From positions 2,694-66,693 of IMG/VR virus record IMGVR_UViG_3300010401_000007: a DNA stretch of 64,000 nt. The stretch is one strand, 5' to 3'. The DNA is from a virus. The notes under the pieces are model-generated. The model worked only from the letters and a program-made list of their open reading frames with translations. It had not been told where the DNA came from and did no database searches. A program made the translations under genes and the position numbers. This document shows, in pieces, positions 19,125 to 29,034 of this stretch (positions are counted from its first letter, which is position 1; each line of letters begins with the position of its first letter).

Positions 19125-19349
19125 TTACGGCTTCTTAGGGGGCTGAGAGGACGGGATCGTATTCCAGTAGGGTTGACCCGACACCGGATCAAACTCCAGT
19201 ACGGCATTACCGATAGGTGGTGGAAGGGCCGTAGTCTTACCGTCCTTACAGTAAAAGATGGTCCCGTTGGCGTTACCGGCACAGGGGTCGGCAGCAGCGG
19301 ACGGGGGCACACCACACGATTGCTGGGGATTCTGAGGATTAGGAGACAT
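19125..19349 (-). CDS. Hypothetical Pro-rich protein
   Basis: ORF in the direction of late transcription. Confidence 0.5.
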   Translation of the reverse strand: MSPNPQNPQQSCGVPPSAAADPCAGNANGTIFYCKDGKTTALPPPIGNAVLEFDPVSGQPYWNTIPSSQPPKKP

Positions 19350-19350
19350 C

Positions 19351-19794
19351 GTGACTACTCGCTTTCTCTTTGTACTAGTTGGGATCTTAGGACTGGGGAC
19401 ATTACTAGCATGTCGTCAGGAGGTACGGAGAACAGAGGTAGAGATTGTCAGTCTCGACTCTTTTATCCGTACACACAATCGTACTCCGTCGACTGCTAGT
19501 TATGCGTGGGAAGGTAAGACAGTTCAGGTTACACTGAACCCGAAAGAGCGTAGGTACAAAGTGTATGAGTGGGGGGTTGGTATCGAGTCGGATATCCCGA
19601 ATGCCCCTCCGGTCGTCATGTTCCTCTCTGAGAGAAAGATAGATACGGCGGGTGATACACTCGTTCTTATAGTCACCGGCAGATGTCACGGTAGGGTGAA
19701 CGACGGGGTGAGAAGATCGAGAGACATCAACTGGTATATCCGAGTTGATAACTGTTCTATCGATGTCACTCGTCCGGTCGAGCAATCGGAGTGA
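19351..19794 (+). CDS. Putative lipoprotein, opposite in orientation to its neighbours
   Basis: Hydrophobic N-terminus ending in LLAC lipobox. Confidence 0.55.
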   Translation: MTTRFLFVLVGILGLGTLLACRQEVRRTEVEIVSLDSFIRTHNRTPSTASYAWEGKTVQVTLNPKERRYKVYEWGVGIESDIPNAPPVVMFLSERKIDTAGDTLVLIVTGRCHGRVNDGVRRSRDINWYIRVDNCSIDVTRPVEQSE

Positions 19795-20245
19795 GTTTCA
19801 TCTTCTTACGGATCTCCTCCAAGGTAGCGACACTCTGATTGACCGCTACCGTCATCTTGGTCACCACCTCCCCTAACTCCCTCATCATCTTTCCTTGCTC
19901 CTTCAGTACAGCTAGTTCATGCTGTCGCTTCTTATCCGCCTCCATACCCGCCGCTAATCTGTCCTTCTCCCTCTCACTCTCAAACATTGCTCTGAGTTGA
20001 CCCTCAGACTCCTTACGGGCCTCCATACTCTCCCGCATGAAGTACCCTGCTAGCACGAGTACGGCTACGGTCAGGATGAAGGCTAGTACTCGATTGAGTC
20101 CGTCTCCTGATAGTGCCCCTACCGATCGTACTACCTCTGTCGCACCTTGTACCCCTCTGTCGAATACATTATTCGGAGAGGGTTGGTTATTGATGACGAC
20201 TGGAGTCATGACGGATGGGAGTGCATCGTGTTCAGCGGTCGGCAT
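19766..20245 (-). CDS. Single-TM coiled-coil protein (holin- or spanin-like)
   Basis: TM segment VLAFILTVAVLVLAGYF followed by a long coiled coil. Confidence 0.5.
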   Translation of the reverse strand: MPTAEHDALPSVMTPVVINNQPSPNNVFDRGVQGATEVVRSVGALSGDGLNRVLAFILTVAVLVLAGYFMRESMEARKESEGQLRAMFESEREKDRLAAGMEADKKRQHELAVLKEQGKMMRELGEVVTKMTVAVNQSVATLEEIRKKMKLTPIARPDE

Positions 20246-20302
20246 GTCTATTCTCTGAGAGAAAGAGAGGGATAGACAGAGGGCGGAGGGTAATGGACAG
20301 TC

Positions 20303-20491
20303 CTATCGGAATGAACATTGATGGAACGTCGCATCACATGTCTTGATATCGATTGCACAAGTATTGACCCCGACCAAGTGACAGTTATTGAAGGTGAACT
20401 CTCGAACCCCATTCACCATCGCTTGGTTCACCATCTCGTTGAACTCAGTCTGCCCCTGCTCGCCCTGATAGACCTTGTTATCGATAGTCAT
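20303..20491 (-). CDS. Hypothetical protein
   Basis: Short ORF preceded by a minus-strand motif copy. Confidence 0.45.
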   Translation of the reverse strand: MTIDNKVYQGEQGQTEFNEMVNQAMVNGVREFTFNNCHLVGVNTCAIDIKTCDATFHQCSFR

Positions 20492-20535
20492 GACTTTTCC
20501 TCAGAGAAGGTTAGAAGATACTCGGGGGAGATCGA

Positions 20536-21972
20536 TCATGTGAACCCGATATTCGACCCTGCACTACCGGCACCGATACAGGCGGACCCATTCAAGAGTA
20601 CGTAGTCCCCTTGGAACACTGTGTTATGGCTACCGATCCCCGGTGAAGTAGTGATGTTACCTGTAGTCGAGGAACCAGCTACAGGAGGGGTGGTAGTCGT
20701 GTTGAAGTTGTTCGTATTCCCGTTCAGGTCTGTGAAGTTAGCGAATGAGTTACCGTTGAAACTAGTTGCTTGGTTATTCGAGAACCCAGCACCGAACACA
20801 GTCGCATACCCCGTGAAGATACAGTTCGTGCATGAGTAACCGATACCCTGCCATGTTGCTCCACTATCATTGTTCCCGTAGATGAACCCGTTCGTGGCAC
20901 CTCCACTAGCACCTAGTACGAACACACAGTTGTTATAGGTAACTGGACTACCACCTGTACTACCTCGGATACGACCACTGTGCTTACCGAAACAACGAGT
21001 GAAGGTATTAGCGTACTGGGCGTCCCATGAGACATTCAGGAACGAGTCAGTCACCGTGATGACCGAGACACTCCCCCATGTCGGGGCGACGAATGTAGTG
21101 AACGTACCGATCTGACATTGAGTCAGAGTACCGTTGTTCGGTCCGAATGCCGTTCCCGTACCCGCCGCTACCCCAGTACCGAGAGGGGGGATGAACTGGC
21201 ATCGGGTTGCAGCGATAGACCCTGTATTGATGTTCTGTCCGATACCGGAGATAGCCCCTGAGAGTCCGGTAAAGGAGCAATCGACGGCAACGAACACGGT
21301 GGCGTTGATATGACTGAATGCCGATTTCTGACCCCCGATCACATTACACCGATAGAGACTGATACCTGTTGACCCTACCGAGTTGTGACCACTGATACCG
21401 TCGTCACAGTGAGCGACATTCACATCGTAGGCGTTAACCTGTGCCCCGATACTACTCCCGATACCGTTACCCGATGCGATCTCGTACCCGAATATCTGGA
21501 GTCCATTCCCGTAGATATTGAAGGTATAGTTCGCATCGTTCGACTGTCCCTCAATAGCCGATGCGAGTGCGGCACTCAGGTTATTCGAGATCAGTCTACA
21601 TCCCTGTTGGAAGTAGACGTTACAGACGGTGGGACTACCTAGAGTTCCTAGAGTCGGGGTAAGGGTGTCGTCAATAAGATCGGAAGCGGCGACGTAGGCA
21701 TTGACCGTTGTCCCCCCAGACTGTGCCGAGAGTGCTGTGGTGAGTCGGGATAGTGTCTTGAACGGCTTACCCCGACTCCCGTCATTCTTATCGTTACCCC
21801 AGGGGGTGACATAGTAGTTAAACGGTCCGATCGTAACGGGTATCCCAGCAGTCGCACCGATCGAGGTAGCCGTGATCGGGAGATTAGGCCCACCTCTCTG
21901 CTGGACAATCCCCCCCGGAGGATTAGTTAGTCCTCGGAGGATTGCGATAGGGGCTTGAACAAGAGGACTCAT
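20536..21972 (-). CDS. Right-handed beta-helix (pectate-lyase-like) virion or receptor-binding protein
   Basis: YYVTPWGNDKNDGSRGKPFKTL motif; G/S/T/N-rich beta-helix repeats. Confidence 0.75.
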   Translation of the reverse strand: MSPLVQAPIAILRGLTNPPGGIVQQRGGPNLPITATSIGATAGIPVTIGPFNYYVTPWGNDKNDGSRGKPFKTLSRLTTALSAQSGGTTVNAYVAASDLIDDTLTPTLGTLGSPTVCNVYFQQGCRLISNNLSAALASAIEGQSNDANYTFNIYGNGLQIFGYEIASGNGIGSSIGAQVNAYDVNVAHCDDGISGHNSVGSTGISLYRCNVIGGQKSAFSHINATVFVAVDCSFTGLSGAISGIGQNINTGSIAATRCQFIPPLGTGVAAGTGTAFGPNNGTLTQCQIGTFTTFVAPTWGSVSVITVTDSFLNVSWDAQYANTFTRCFGKHSGRIRGSTGGSPVTYNNCVFVLGASGGATNGFIYGNNDSGATWQGIGYSCTNCIFTGYATVFGAGFSNNQATSFNGNSFANFTDLNGNTNNFNTTTTPPVAGSSTTGNITTSPGIGSHNTVFQGDYVLLNGSACIGAGSAGSNIGFT

Positions 21973-22877
21973 ACCGGTGTCACGCTAGCCGTCATAGCGG
22001 TTCCCTGACCACTCACGGTATCGAGTAGGACACAGACACCCGCCGACCCGTTAACCTGTGCTAGATACCGTTGCTTGAGAGGTGTACCAGTCCCGTTGAG
22101 AACGGTCATGGGGATGATATTCGCTGCGTAGTACGTTCCGTCCCCGTCGAGACAGAATACAATCGGTTGTACGGCTACAGTCGATCGGAAGTCAGTCGCC
22201 GTGATTGTGATATCGATGATGGCGTATAGATACCCCGTACAGTCGACTGGGGTAATCGCACCTGGGACGACATAGGCGTTATTGGAATTGAACTGTGCGG
22301 TGGTAAACTGGTTACCTGTCCCGACTACCTGTACATCTACTGCACCTGCCGTACCACCTGTCGTGAACGTCCCTACCGCCGTGATCACACACCCACTCGT
22401 TCGACTCGCTGCACCCGTCTCGGGGATATTACAGACGAACTTGGGGTTACCACTATCGGTCGAGAGAAAGATTGCGTATCCGACGGGTGTACTAGAAGGG
22501 GCTGTGAATGTCATCCGGAGAGTACCGTTACTACCCCCCGGAGTAGAACTCACTACAGCCGGACCGACTGCGAACCCGTTAGCGTTATATGGTACGTAGG
22601 CGGTGTAGTAAGTCGTACCACTAACGAGTGATCCACCAGTCTGACCGGATAGGGTGATATTCCCCCCTACCCCGATCTTATCGATAGCGGTAATAGCACT
22701 CCGCTGGACAACCTGTGTGCCTAACTTGGCATTCGTCCGTAGGTTAGCAGTCCCTAGTACGGCTAGGAGATTGTATACCGGTCCGAGAAAGGGGTCACCA
22801 ACTGATCCCGCACCACTACCTGTCTGGAGATACTTAGCTGCTCCAAGGGCATCCAGGATCTCAAGAGGGGTCGCCAT
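21969..22877 (-). CDS. Virion structural protein (G/T-rich)
   Basis: GGSLVSGTTYY motif; composition and position. Confidence 0.6.
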   Translation of the reverse strand: MATPLEILDALGAAKYLQTGSGAGSVGDPFLGPVYNLLAVLGTANLRTNAKLGTQVVQRSAITAIDKIGVGGNITLSGQTGGSLVSGTTYYTAYVPYNANGFAVGPAVVSSTPGGSNGTLRMTFTAPSSTPVGYAIFLSTDSGNPKFVCNIPETGAASRTSGCVITAVGTFTTGGTAGAVDVQVVGTGNQFTTAQFNSNNAYVVPGAITPVDCTGYLYAIIDITITATDFRSTVAVQPIVFCLDGDGTYYAANIIPMTVLNGTGTPLKQRYLAQVNGSAGVCVLLDTVSGQGTAMTASVTPV

Positions 22878-23077
22878 TACAGATATCCCCAGTCTTCTAG
22901 GAGTACGAGTAGAGCGTATTGAGAGTTACGAGAATCGTTGAACTGAAGAGAGGGTATATACGGTGGAGGCGGTGGGGGAGGACTCGTACCACTCTTCTGT
23001 TCATCTGCCGTCATGACAGAGAGTGGAGATTGTAGACTGCTTAACCATGAGGTAGGCATAGGGGTTATACCCCCCAA
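22877..23077 (-). CDS. Small virion-associated protein
   Basis: Poly-Pro and SLQFNDSRNSQY motif; coupled ORF. Confidence 0.5.
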   Translation of the reverse strand: MGGITPMPTSWLSSLQSPLSVMTADEQKSGTSPPPPPPPYIPSLQFNDSRNSQYALLVLLEDWGYL

Positions 23078-23388
23078 TACGCAGCGGTCCCTGTACCCGA
23101 TCCGGACAGGATATAGAGGTACTGGAGATTACCGAACCCATCGATCGAGTTAACTTTCATAGCCGCACAGTCGATCGACTCTTCTCCACCTGCCGAGACT
23201 GGGAATCCTGTACTAGCGGTCAGTCCGGATAATGCTGCGGCATCATTCTCATAGAACCCGTAGTAGAAGGTCTGACTACCGGTGTTCTTAAGACGGATAC
23301 CGGTGTAGACTCTCTGACCAGGACTTACCACTAGAGCGGTCGGGGTAGAGGCACTGATTGTATTATTCTGACCGTTGAACCCAACCAT
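23065..23388 (-). CDS. Small beta-sandwich structural protein
   Basis: IRLKNTGSQTFYYG...TASTGFPVSAG pattern. Confidence 0.6.
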   Translation of the reverse strand: MVGFNGQNNTISASTPTALVVSPGQRVYTGIRLKNTGSQTFYYGFYENDAAALSGLTASTGFPVSAGGEESIDCAAMKVNSIDGFGNLQYLYILSGSGTGTAAYWGV

Positions 23389-23478
23389 AGGGAGTAGTCC
23401 TCCGTAGTAGGAATGACCCTACATACCAGAGGACTAGTTTAGTTGGATAATGACTAGTTGGCTAAAATCAGGGGTAGG

Positions 23479-25425
23479 TTAGGAGGTAGATAAGTGTTTT
23501 ACGAGTACCGCCTTATGGAGATAGGTCTTATGGATCTCTAATCCGAATGGTTCTAGTGGATTCAGAAATGGGTGTAGGGCACGATATCCACCTAAATAGC
23601 AGTCTTGTTCGTCATGTCTCTGGTGTACGTCTTGGGTCAGTACGAGACACTTCCATCGTCGCAGTTCGATGAGTCTGGTGAGTAGTTGGGTGATAACTGA
23701 GTTCGGGAGATGATGTAGGACATCCTTACAGAGTAGGACATCAGCGGGGGCTATGAGTTCAGGACTCTTGGTTGCATCTAGTAGAGACCATCTCCCCGCC
23801 GGGTAGTTTCTCTGAAAGAGAGATAGAGCCTTGGGAGTTACGTCATACCCTTGGTAGATCGGGAAGGTCAGTTGACGAGCGATCATCCCGTCCCCACATC
23901 CAATATCGACACAGGAAGTCCATCCCTCTTTCTCAGAGAGTTCCTTGATGATCTCAATATATGGTTTGCTCTCCCCCTCACTACTCCCTGACCCACTACC
24001 CCCTCCCCAAATCCTTCTCTCGTAGATAGTCGAGAACCGTGATGACGGGTCGATAGTCCTACGATTGAGAACTGAGGCGAGGATATCGAACACTCTACCC
24101 TCTAGAGGAAGTTGATACCGAGGGTTAGAGTACCCAGTCTTACCGATGGGGATATCTTCAGGGTCGTAGAGTTTACCCCGACACCTATGGACGATCATCG
24201 GTTGACTATTCCACCGACAGACGAAAGAGGTATCGTCCCAATCCGCATTACCGAGACAGGTATAGGTAGATGCTCCTGCTTGTAGTGCTACTCTCCATGT
24301 GTCCTGATCCCCGAACATCTTCCCGAAGTAGTAGTCTGAGTGTTCGCACATCCATGCAGCAGCCGCTATCAGGTTCCACCCTCGGTCCTTACGGGATATG
24401 AAGAGTTGTCCCCCTTGGACTTGGGGGGGTTTCCCGGTAGGAGGGATACCGAGCTCGTGCCACTTTACCGTTCGATCGTTTCCAGGGAGATCCTTCCAAT
24501 AGACGAATGGGGACTGATCGAGTACCGAGAACATAGGGGTAGGGTCAGACACACAGTATGCATCGGCATCGAGATAGAGGAGTCGATCGAATGGACAGTG
24601 AGCGATAGCGTATAGCTTGGACTCCCATCCCCCCTGTCCGATATTCCCCCTCGGTATTCGAGTATCCCCTAGTCTCTCGGCTACTGCATCGGCATCGATC
24701 AACTCAACGTCTAGTCCTTCTACATCAGTCGGATCAACTGGTTCACAAGATCCTCGATACCACACCTGTATCGGGAGAGTACACCCCAACTCTCTTAGGA
24801 GTCGACACCCTATTACGATACCGATCCAATAGGGACCGCCCCCTACGTAGAGGATACCGTCATCGTGACCACCACCCGGATCGAGTGGGGGATTGCCGAT
24901 TATTTCTCTGAGAGAGAGGAGATAGGACTGTCGGTCAGGTGAGGGAGTGGGGTAGCGGTCGGATAAAGGGGTGTTATGAACGGAGGAAGGTAGCTCCGGT
25001 AACTCATAGTCTTCACACGTCCGACAGGAGTGAGCATGAGGTGATATCGGACCCCTAGTGACTCTTTCGTAATCTCCGGACGGATGAAGACATTGGTAGA
25101 CATGTTTACCCTCTGCGGCTTGGCTATTACAGGACGTACACCGACTCAATAACCCACCTTGGTATCGACACGGGGTCTTGAGAACTGGTAGGGGATTTCG
25201 AGTCTGAATACCGCCCGGTGTATGGGGGCGGGTTCGTATTGGGAGGATATGACCGTCTCCCCCTCTCAGTTCGTTAACAGTCTGATTGGTATGGAATGAA
25301 TAACAGTGACCGCAGGTGTCAGACTGGTGGTAGGAGTAGACTCCGACTCTTACCTCGTTCTCGATGATGAAGTGCACTCGGTCACAGGTACACCCTACTC
25401 TTTCTCTCAGAGAAGTAGTTGTCAT
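23479..25425 (-). CDS. Fused GT-A glycosyltransferase (Mnn2/GT71-like) and class I SAM methyltransferase
   Basis: GILYVGGG, LRELGCTLPIQVWY, KLYAI..CPFDRLLYLDAD, FGDQDTW; WGGGSGSGS, VDIGCGDG, KDVLHHL. Confidence 0.85.
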   Translation of the reverse strand: MTTTSLRERVGCTCDRVHFIIENEVRVGVYSYHQSDTCGHCYSFHTNQTVNELRGGDGHILPIRTRPHTPGGIQTRNPLPVLKTPCRYQGGLLSRCTSCNSQAAEGKHVYQCLHPSGDYERVTRGPISPHAHSCRTCEDYELPELPSSVHNTPLSDRYPTPSPDRQSYLLSLREIIGNPPLDPGGGHDDGILYVGGGPYWIGIVIGCRLLRELGCTLPIQVWYRGSCEPVDPTDVEGLDVELIDADAVAERLGDTRIPRGNIGQGGWESKLYAIAHCPFDRLLYLDADAYCVSDPTPMFSVLDQSPFVYWKDLPGNDRTVKWHELGIPPTGKPPQVQGGQLFISRKDRGWNLIAAAAWMCEHSDYYFGKMFGDQDTWRVALQAGASTYTCLGNADWDDTSFVCRWNSQPMIVHRCRGKLYDPEDIPIGKTGYSNPRYQLPLEGRVFDILASVLNRRTIDPSSRFSTIYERRIWGGGSGSGSSEGESKPYIEIIKELSEKEGWTSCVDIGCGDGMIARQLTFPIYQGYDVTPKALSLFQRNYPAGRWSLLDATKSPELIAPADVLLCKDVLHHLPNSVITQLLTRLIELRRWKCLVLTQDVHQRHDEQDCYLGGYRALHPFLNPLEPFGLEIHKTYLHKAVLVKHLSTS

Positions 25426-25438
25426 ATGAGGACTCGGA

Positions 25439-25921
25439 TCAAGGCCCAGTAGCGGTCCCGAATGCGAAGTGGATGACAGCCGGATTACAGGTATAGGAGG
25501 ATGCACCTAAGAAGTTACCGCTACCGTCTCCGTACACTGCTTGGCATACGAATTGATTACTACTGGTCCACCATAGATACCAGCACGATCCCGTAGACGG
25601 GTTGCATACTGTATAGGCACCGAATCCAGTCCCGGGGGGGTATCTCGGGTATGTGGGGTCCCAAGTCATATCCCCTGTGAAGCTACCCGAGGGGACATCG
25701 GCACCGGTCCAACTCAAGATAGAATTAGTGTCGAGTTCTGGACACCCCCCTGTAGGAGTTCCGGGGACTGGGCACGAACCCTGAGACGGTGCCGGTAGTC
25801 CACAGCATCCAGTCGGATTACGGACAGTCGAGGTAGGACCTACTATAGCACCGAATAGGGTTAGGTTAGCGAACTCGACGGTGAATCCTATGATCGTACC
25901 CGAATCGATACTACCACTCAT
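25439..25921 (-). CDS. Cys/Gly/Pro-rich tail-associated protein
   Basis: ATGA overlap with the upstream gene; shares the IIG..VE(F/Y).N.T repeat. Confidence 0.55.
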   Translation of the reverse strand: MSGSIDSGTIIGFTVEFANLTLFGAIVGPTSTVRNPTGCCGLPAPSQGSCPVPGTPTGGCPELDTNSILSWTGADVPSGSFTGDMTWDPTYPRYPPGTGFGAYTVCNPSTGSCWYLWWTSSNQFVCQAVYGDGSGNFLGASSYTCNPAVIHFAFGTATGP

Positions 25922-27078
25922 GGGGACACCGTAAGAGAACACTGTCCGAGTTGTGTTGAGTTATTACCGTCCCAGTGAGCGTAGAAGTCCGGTATCACTT
26001 GGAGAAACGATTGGTCCGTCCATAAAGGGGAGGTAGGAGGCGGTGGATTAACAAATGCTCCTGATTGTGCGGCGATACTCCACCCGTTGAAGGTAATGTC
26101 ATATCGTACCGAGATATTCACCGTGCCGTAGTTACCTTGCCACATATGAGTCGTCAGACTCGTCTGACCGTAGAACACAACTCGATATGTACCCGCTACC
26201 GCACCGGTCGGTATAAATACGATCAGATCAGGATGGGACTCTAGTAGTCCTCCGTCTGCCGTCGGATATTGGCTATCGCAGATAAAGTCCCCTACCCCAT
26301 CTGTTACCACGAACACCCCGTTGAATAATAGTCCACCGGGATCGGTAGGACTCTTGAACCCCTCTAGGTGGACAGGATCACAGTAAGGGAGAGACATTGT
26401 CGACTGTCCATCACCGGTTGAATAGTACACAACCGGACCTACAGCGGGGGCGAGTTGCCAAGTTACTGACGCCGATATGAACCAGTTGTTACCGGGCAGT
26501 GCCGGACCGAGACAGGTAGCGGTAATTAGAAGAGGTGGACCCACTCCGGTAGCGAATAGTGACCAGTATCCAGCACTGAACGAGTATGGTCCCCTCGGTA
26601 CAAGATAGGTTCCTACCCAGTCTACATATCGACCGTCGGGGGAGAGATCGGTAAATACATTACAGACAGCGGGTGGAAACTCTAGTCCTGCTGGGCAACA
26701 ATCAGACGGGAACGGGTTTGGTGGTACACAGTCTGGTAAACAGGTATTACCAGCACTCATCCCACCACCAGATGGTATCGTTACGTTCCGATACTCTACC
26801 CAGTAGCCGATAATACACCCGCAGGTGACTCCCGCATCACCAGAGGATAGGTCTACCTCACCACTATCAACCCTACCTGATTCTCCACCAGAACCGGGGC
26901 AACAGTCGTTAGGGATGAATCGACAGTAGGGGTCTCCTACAGTGGTCCCGACTGGGAATGTCACTTCGGCATACGTAACGTCAATACCCGTGATACAGTG
27001 AGGGGTAGGGGTGAAACTCCCTCCTGATCCGGAACCACTAGGGACTCCGGACCCACCGCTACCACTCGGACCTGCCAT
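25918..27078 (-). CDS. Cys-rich tail fibre-like protein
   Basis: GS-rich N-terminus, repeated CI.G..V.Y..VT.P and CC motifs. Confidence 0.6.
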   Translation of the reverse strand: MAGPSGSGGSGVPSGSGSGGSFTPTPHCITGIDVTYAEVTFPVGTTVGDPYCRFIPNDCCPGSGGESGRVDSGEVDLSSGDAGVTCGCIIGYWVEYRNVTIPSGGGMSAGNTCLPDCVPPNPFPSDCCPAGLEFPPAVCNVFTDLSPDGRYVDWVGTYLVPRGPYSFSAGYWSLFATGVGPPLLITATCLGPALPGNNWFISASVTWQLAPAVGPVVYYSTGDGQSTMSLPYCDPVHLEGFKSPTDPGGLLFNGVFVVTDGVGDFICDSQYPTADGGLLESHPDLIVFIPTGAVAGTYRVVFYGQTSLTTHMWQGNYGTVNISVRYDITFNGWSIAAQSGAFVNPPPPTSPLWTDQSFLQVIPDFYAHWDGNNSTQLGQCSLTVSP

Positions 27079-27102
27079 ATCTATTCTCTGAGAGAGAGGA
27101 TA

Positions 27103-28629
27103 CTACGACCCGCCGCTACCCGATCCGGACCCAGCGTTACCATATACCACACAGATATTTGTCACTACAGGGATCGTTACCCCTGACCCACCTGATGACG
27201 GTGTGAACGTCCAGAGGTTAGGGATAAGAGGATCGGGTGTCGCTGTGACGATACTCCCTACAGTCGGAGTACCAGAACCGGCCTGATACAGTACATAGAA
27301 TGGGGGGCTGTCACCGAATCCTAAGTCCGGGCCATTACCAATGACCCCACTAGAATACACCTGAATCGACGCTGACCATGCCGTACCGTTTGTCCCCGTT
27401 AACTTGACCGTGTATGAGTACCCTACTGGGGGGCGGTTACCGTAGGAGTTACGATCCGCCCAGTTCGATCTTACTACTCGGGTAATCACTCGATCGGACG
27501 GCATCACTCGACTGACCCGACCCATAATCTCGGGTGAGGAGTTGTCCCAGTTACCGGGAGTGTATTCCCACTCAGTACGATCCTCTAATCCCGTCTGGAC
27601 CCAAGGGACTACCCCTCGGAATACACAGTCCGTTTTACTCAACCACCATCGATAATAGTCCTTAGCCGCTTGAGTCGCATACGGGGTCTGTACACCGGTC
27701 CCGTCGCTGGCCTTGGCATCCCCCATCACCCATGCTGACGTTCCACTGACTCCCGTTGCACCCGAGTAGGTAGCAAGGGCTAATGAGGCGAGAGTGATAT
27801 TCTGGACTACCTGTACATCACCCCAGAAAGCGGTATTCACACTCGCTGGTATCGATCCTACTAACTGATCGACTGTCGACCGTCCCCCGTAACCTACCTG
27901 TTCCTCATAGGTCTCGAATTGGGTCTGATCATCAGAGTCCACGTTATCAGACTTATTGATCGAGTACGTCCCGTCGAGATTAGCGATGAATCGTAGACCG
28001 ACTGTGGTACAGACTGCGTCCATTGTCAGGGGGAGTGGTACTGCGGGGACACTCCATCTCAGAGGGTTAGGAGTACCGTAGTTAGTGGATACAGTCGCCG
28101 TAGTGGCGGTGATCCCCATAGCCGTATTGAGTCCGGATATGAGGGTGTTCCAACTATCCCCCGCCGTGAATGAGTAGTTCAGTTCCTTCAACCAGAAGTA
28201 GTACCTCTTATCGACCAGTGTTATCCACCACATCGTCTGTACGGACTCAGTAAACCCCGGTCTAACCCCGAGTAGATACATACTCGGCTGAATCGACCCA
28301 CCAATACCGTCATCAATCAATAGGGTCTGTGCCGTCGCACCACTACCAACGGTACTGAGAATAGTAGCTAGTCCAGTACCGTCGACCAGTCCGTGAAAGA
28401 CCGCCCATCGACTACACCCTACCGGCCAGACTAGAGTATTGAGTCTAGCCTTCTCCTTATTCGGTTCCCCCGGACAGGGTAAGTGCTGAGTCTTGGCAGT
28501 GTTATAGGCGGGGAAGGTCCAAAGTTCAGGAGCGACACTAGCCCACCATCTTTCGACAATGGGCATGAGTACGTCCCGTCCCTTTTCTCTGAGAGAGAGG
28601 AACGGGACACCACAAAAGGTCATAGGCAT
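27103..28629 (-). CDS. Tail tip/hub-like protein
   Basis: Position downstream of the tape measure; ITLVDKRYYFW; GS-rich tail. Confidence 0.55.
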   Translation of the reverse strand: MPMTFCGVPFLSLREKGRDVLMPIVERWWASVAPELWTFPAYNTAKTQHLPCPGEPNKEKARLNTLVWPVGCSRWAVFHGLVDGTGLATILSTVGSGATAQTLLIDDGIGGSIQPSMYLLGVRPGFTESVQTMWWITLVDKRYYFWLKELNYSFTAGDSWNTLISGLNTAMGITATTATVSTNYGTPNPLRWSVPAVPLPLTMDAVCTTVGLRFIANLDGTYSINKSDNVDSDDQTQFETYEEQVGYGGRSTVDQLVGSIPASVNTAFWGDVQVVQNITLASLALATYSGATGVSGTSAWVMGDAKASDGTGVQTPYATQAAKDYYRWWLSKTDCVFRGVVPWVQTGLEDRTEWEYTPGNWDNSSPEIMGRVSRVMPSDRVITRVVRSNWADRNSYGNRPPVGYSYTVKLTGTNGTAWSASIQVYSSGVIGNGPDLGFGDSPPFYVLYQAGSGTPTVGSIVTATPDPLIPNLWTFTPSSGGSGVTIPVVTNICVVYGNAGSGSGSGGS

Positions 28630-28632
28630 AGT

Positions 28633-29034
28633 CTAGTACCCAGTAGATTCGTGAGGACGTAGATCGAACTTGATTCTACTGAATACTGAAGGAAATGTGG
28701 AACGAGCGTAATTGAGAGCATTACCGTAACACCACTCACCTTTGATTACGAACACACTGCAAGATCCTGGTCGGCTATCTCCTGAGTTGTCATAGAAAGA
28801 TATAATAGTCCATCCATTAACTACTGTTCTACATACCATTCCTAAAAGATTCTCGCCTTGTTGTGGCAGTAGCCCACAATCAAGGATCGAATATCGGAAT
28901 GGTAGTAGTCTCTCTAGGTGTCTACCTGTGTTAAAGTCCCTATCGTGGAGGTAATGACCGGCCGATCTACCAGGCTGTATACCGAAGTAATAGCACTCTG
29001 GTATCGTCTCTTTCTCAGAAGACATATCACGCAC
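28633..29034 (-). CDS. Hypothetical protein inserted in the tail module
   Basis: YYFG...AGHYL...GWTIISFYDNSGDSRPGS; AT-richer than its neighbours. Confidence 0.65.
   Translation of the reverse strand: MRDMSSEKETIPECYYFGIQPGRSAGHYLHDRDFNTGRHLERLLPFRYSILDCGLLPQQGENLLGMVCRTVVNGWTIISFYDNSGDSRPGSCSVFVIKGEWCYGNALNYARSTFPSVFSRIKFDLRPHESTGY

Noticed and set aside
20536-28629. Diversity-generating retroelement acting on tail fibres
   Set aside because: No reverse transcriptase and no adenine-mismatched repeat pair noticed
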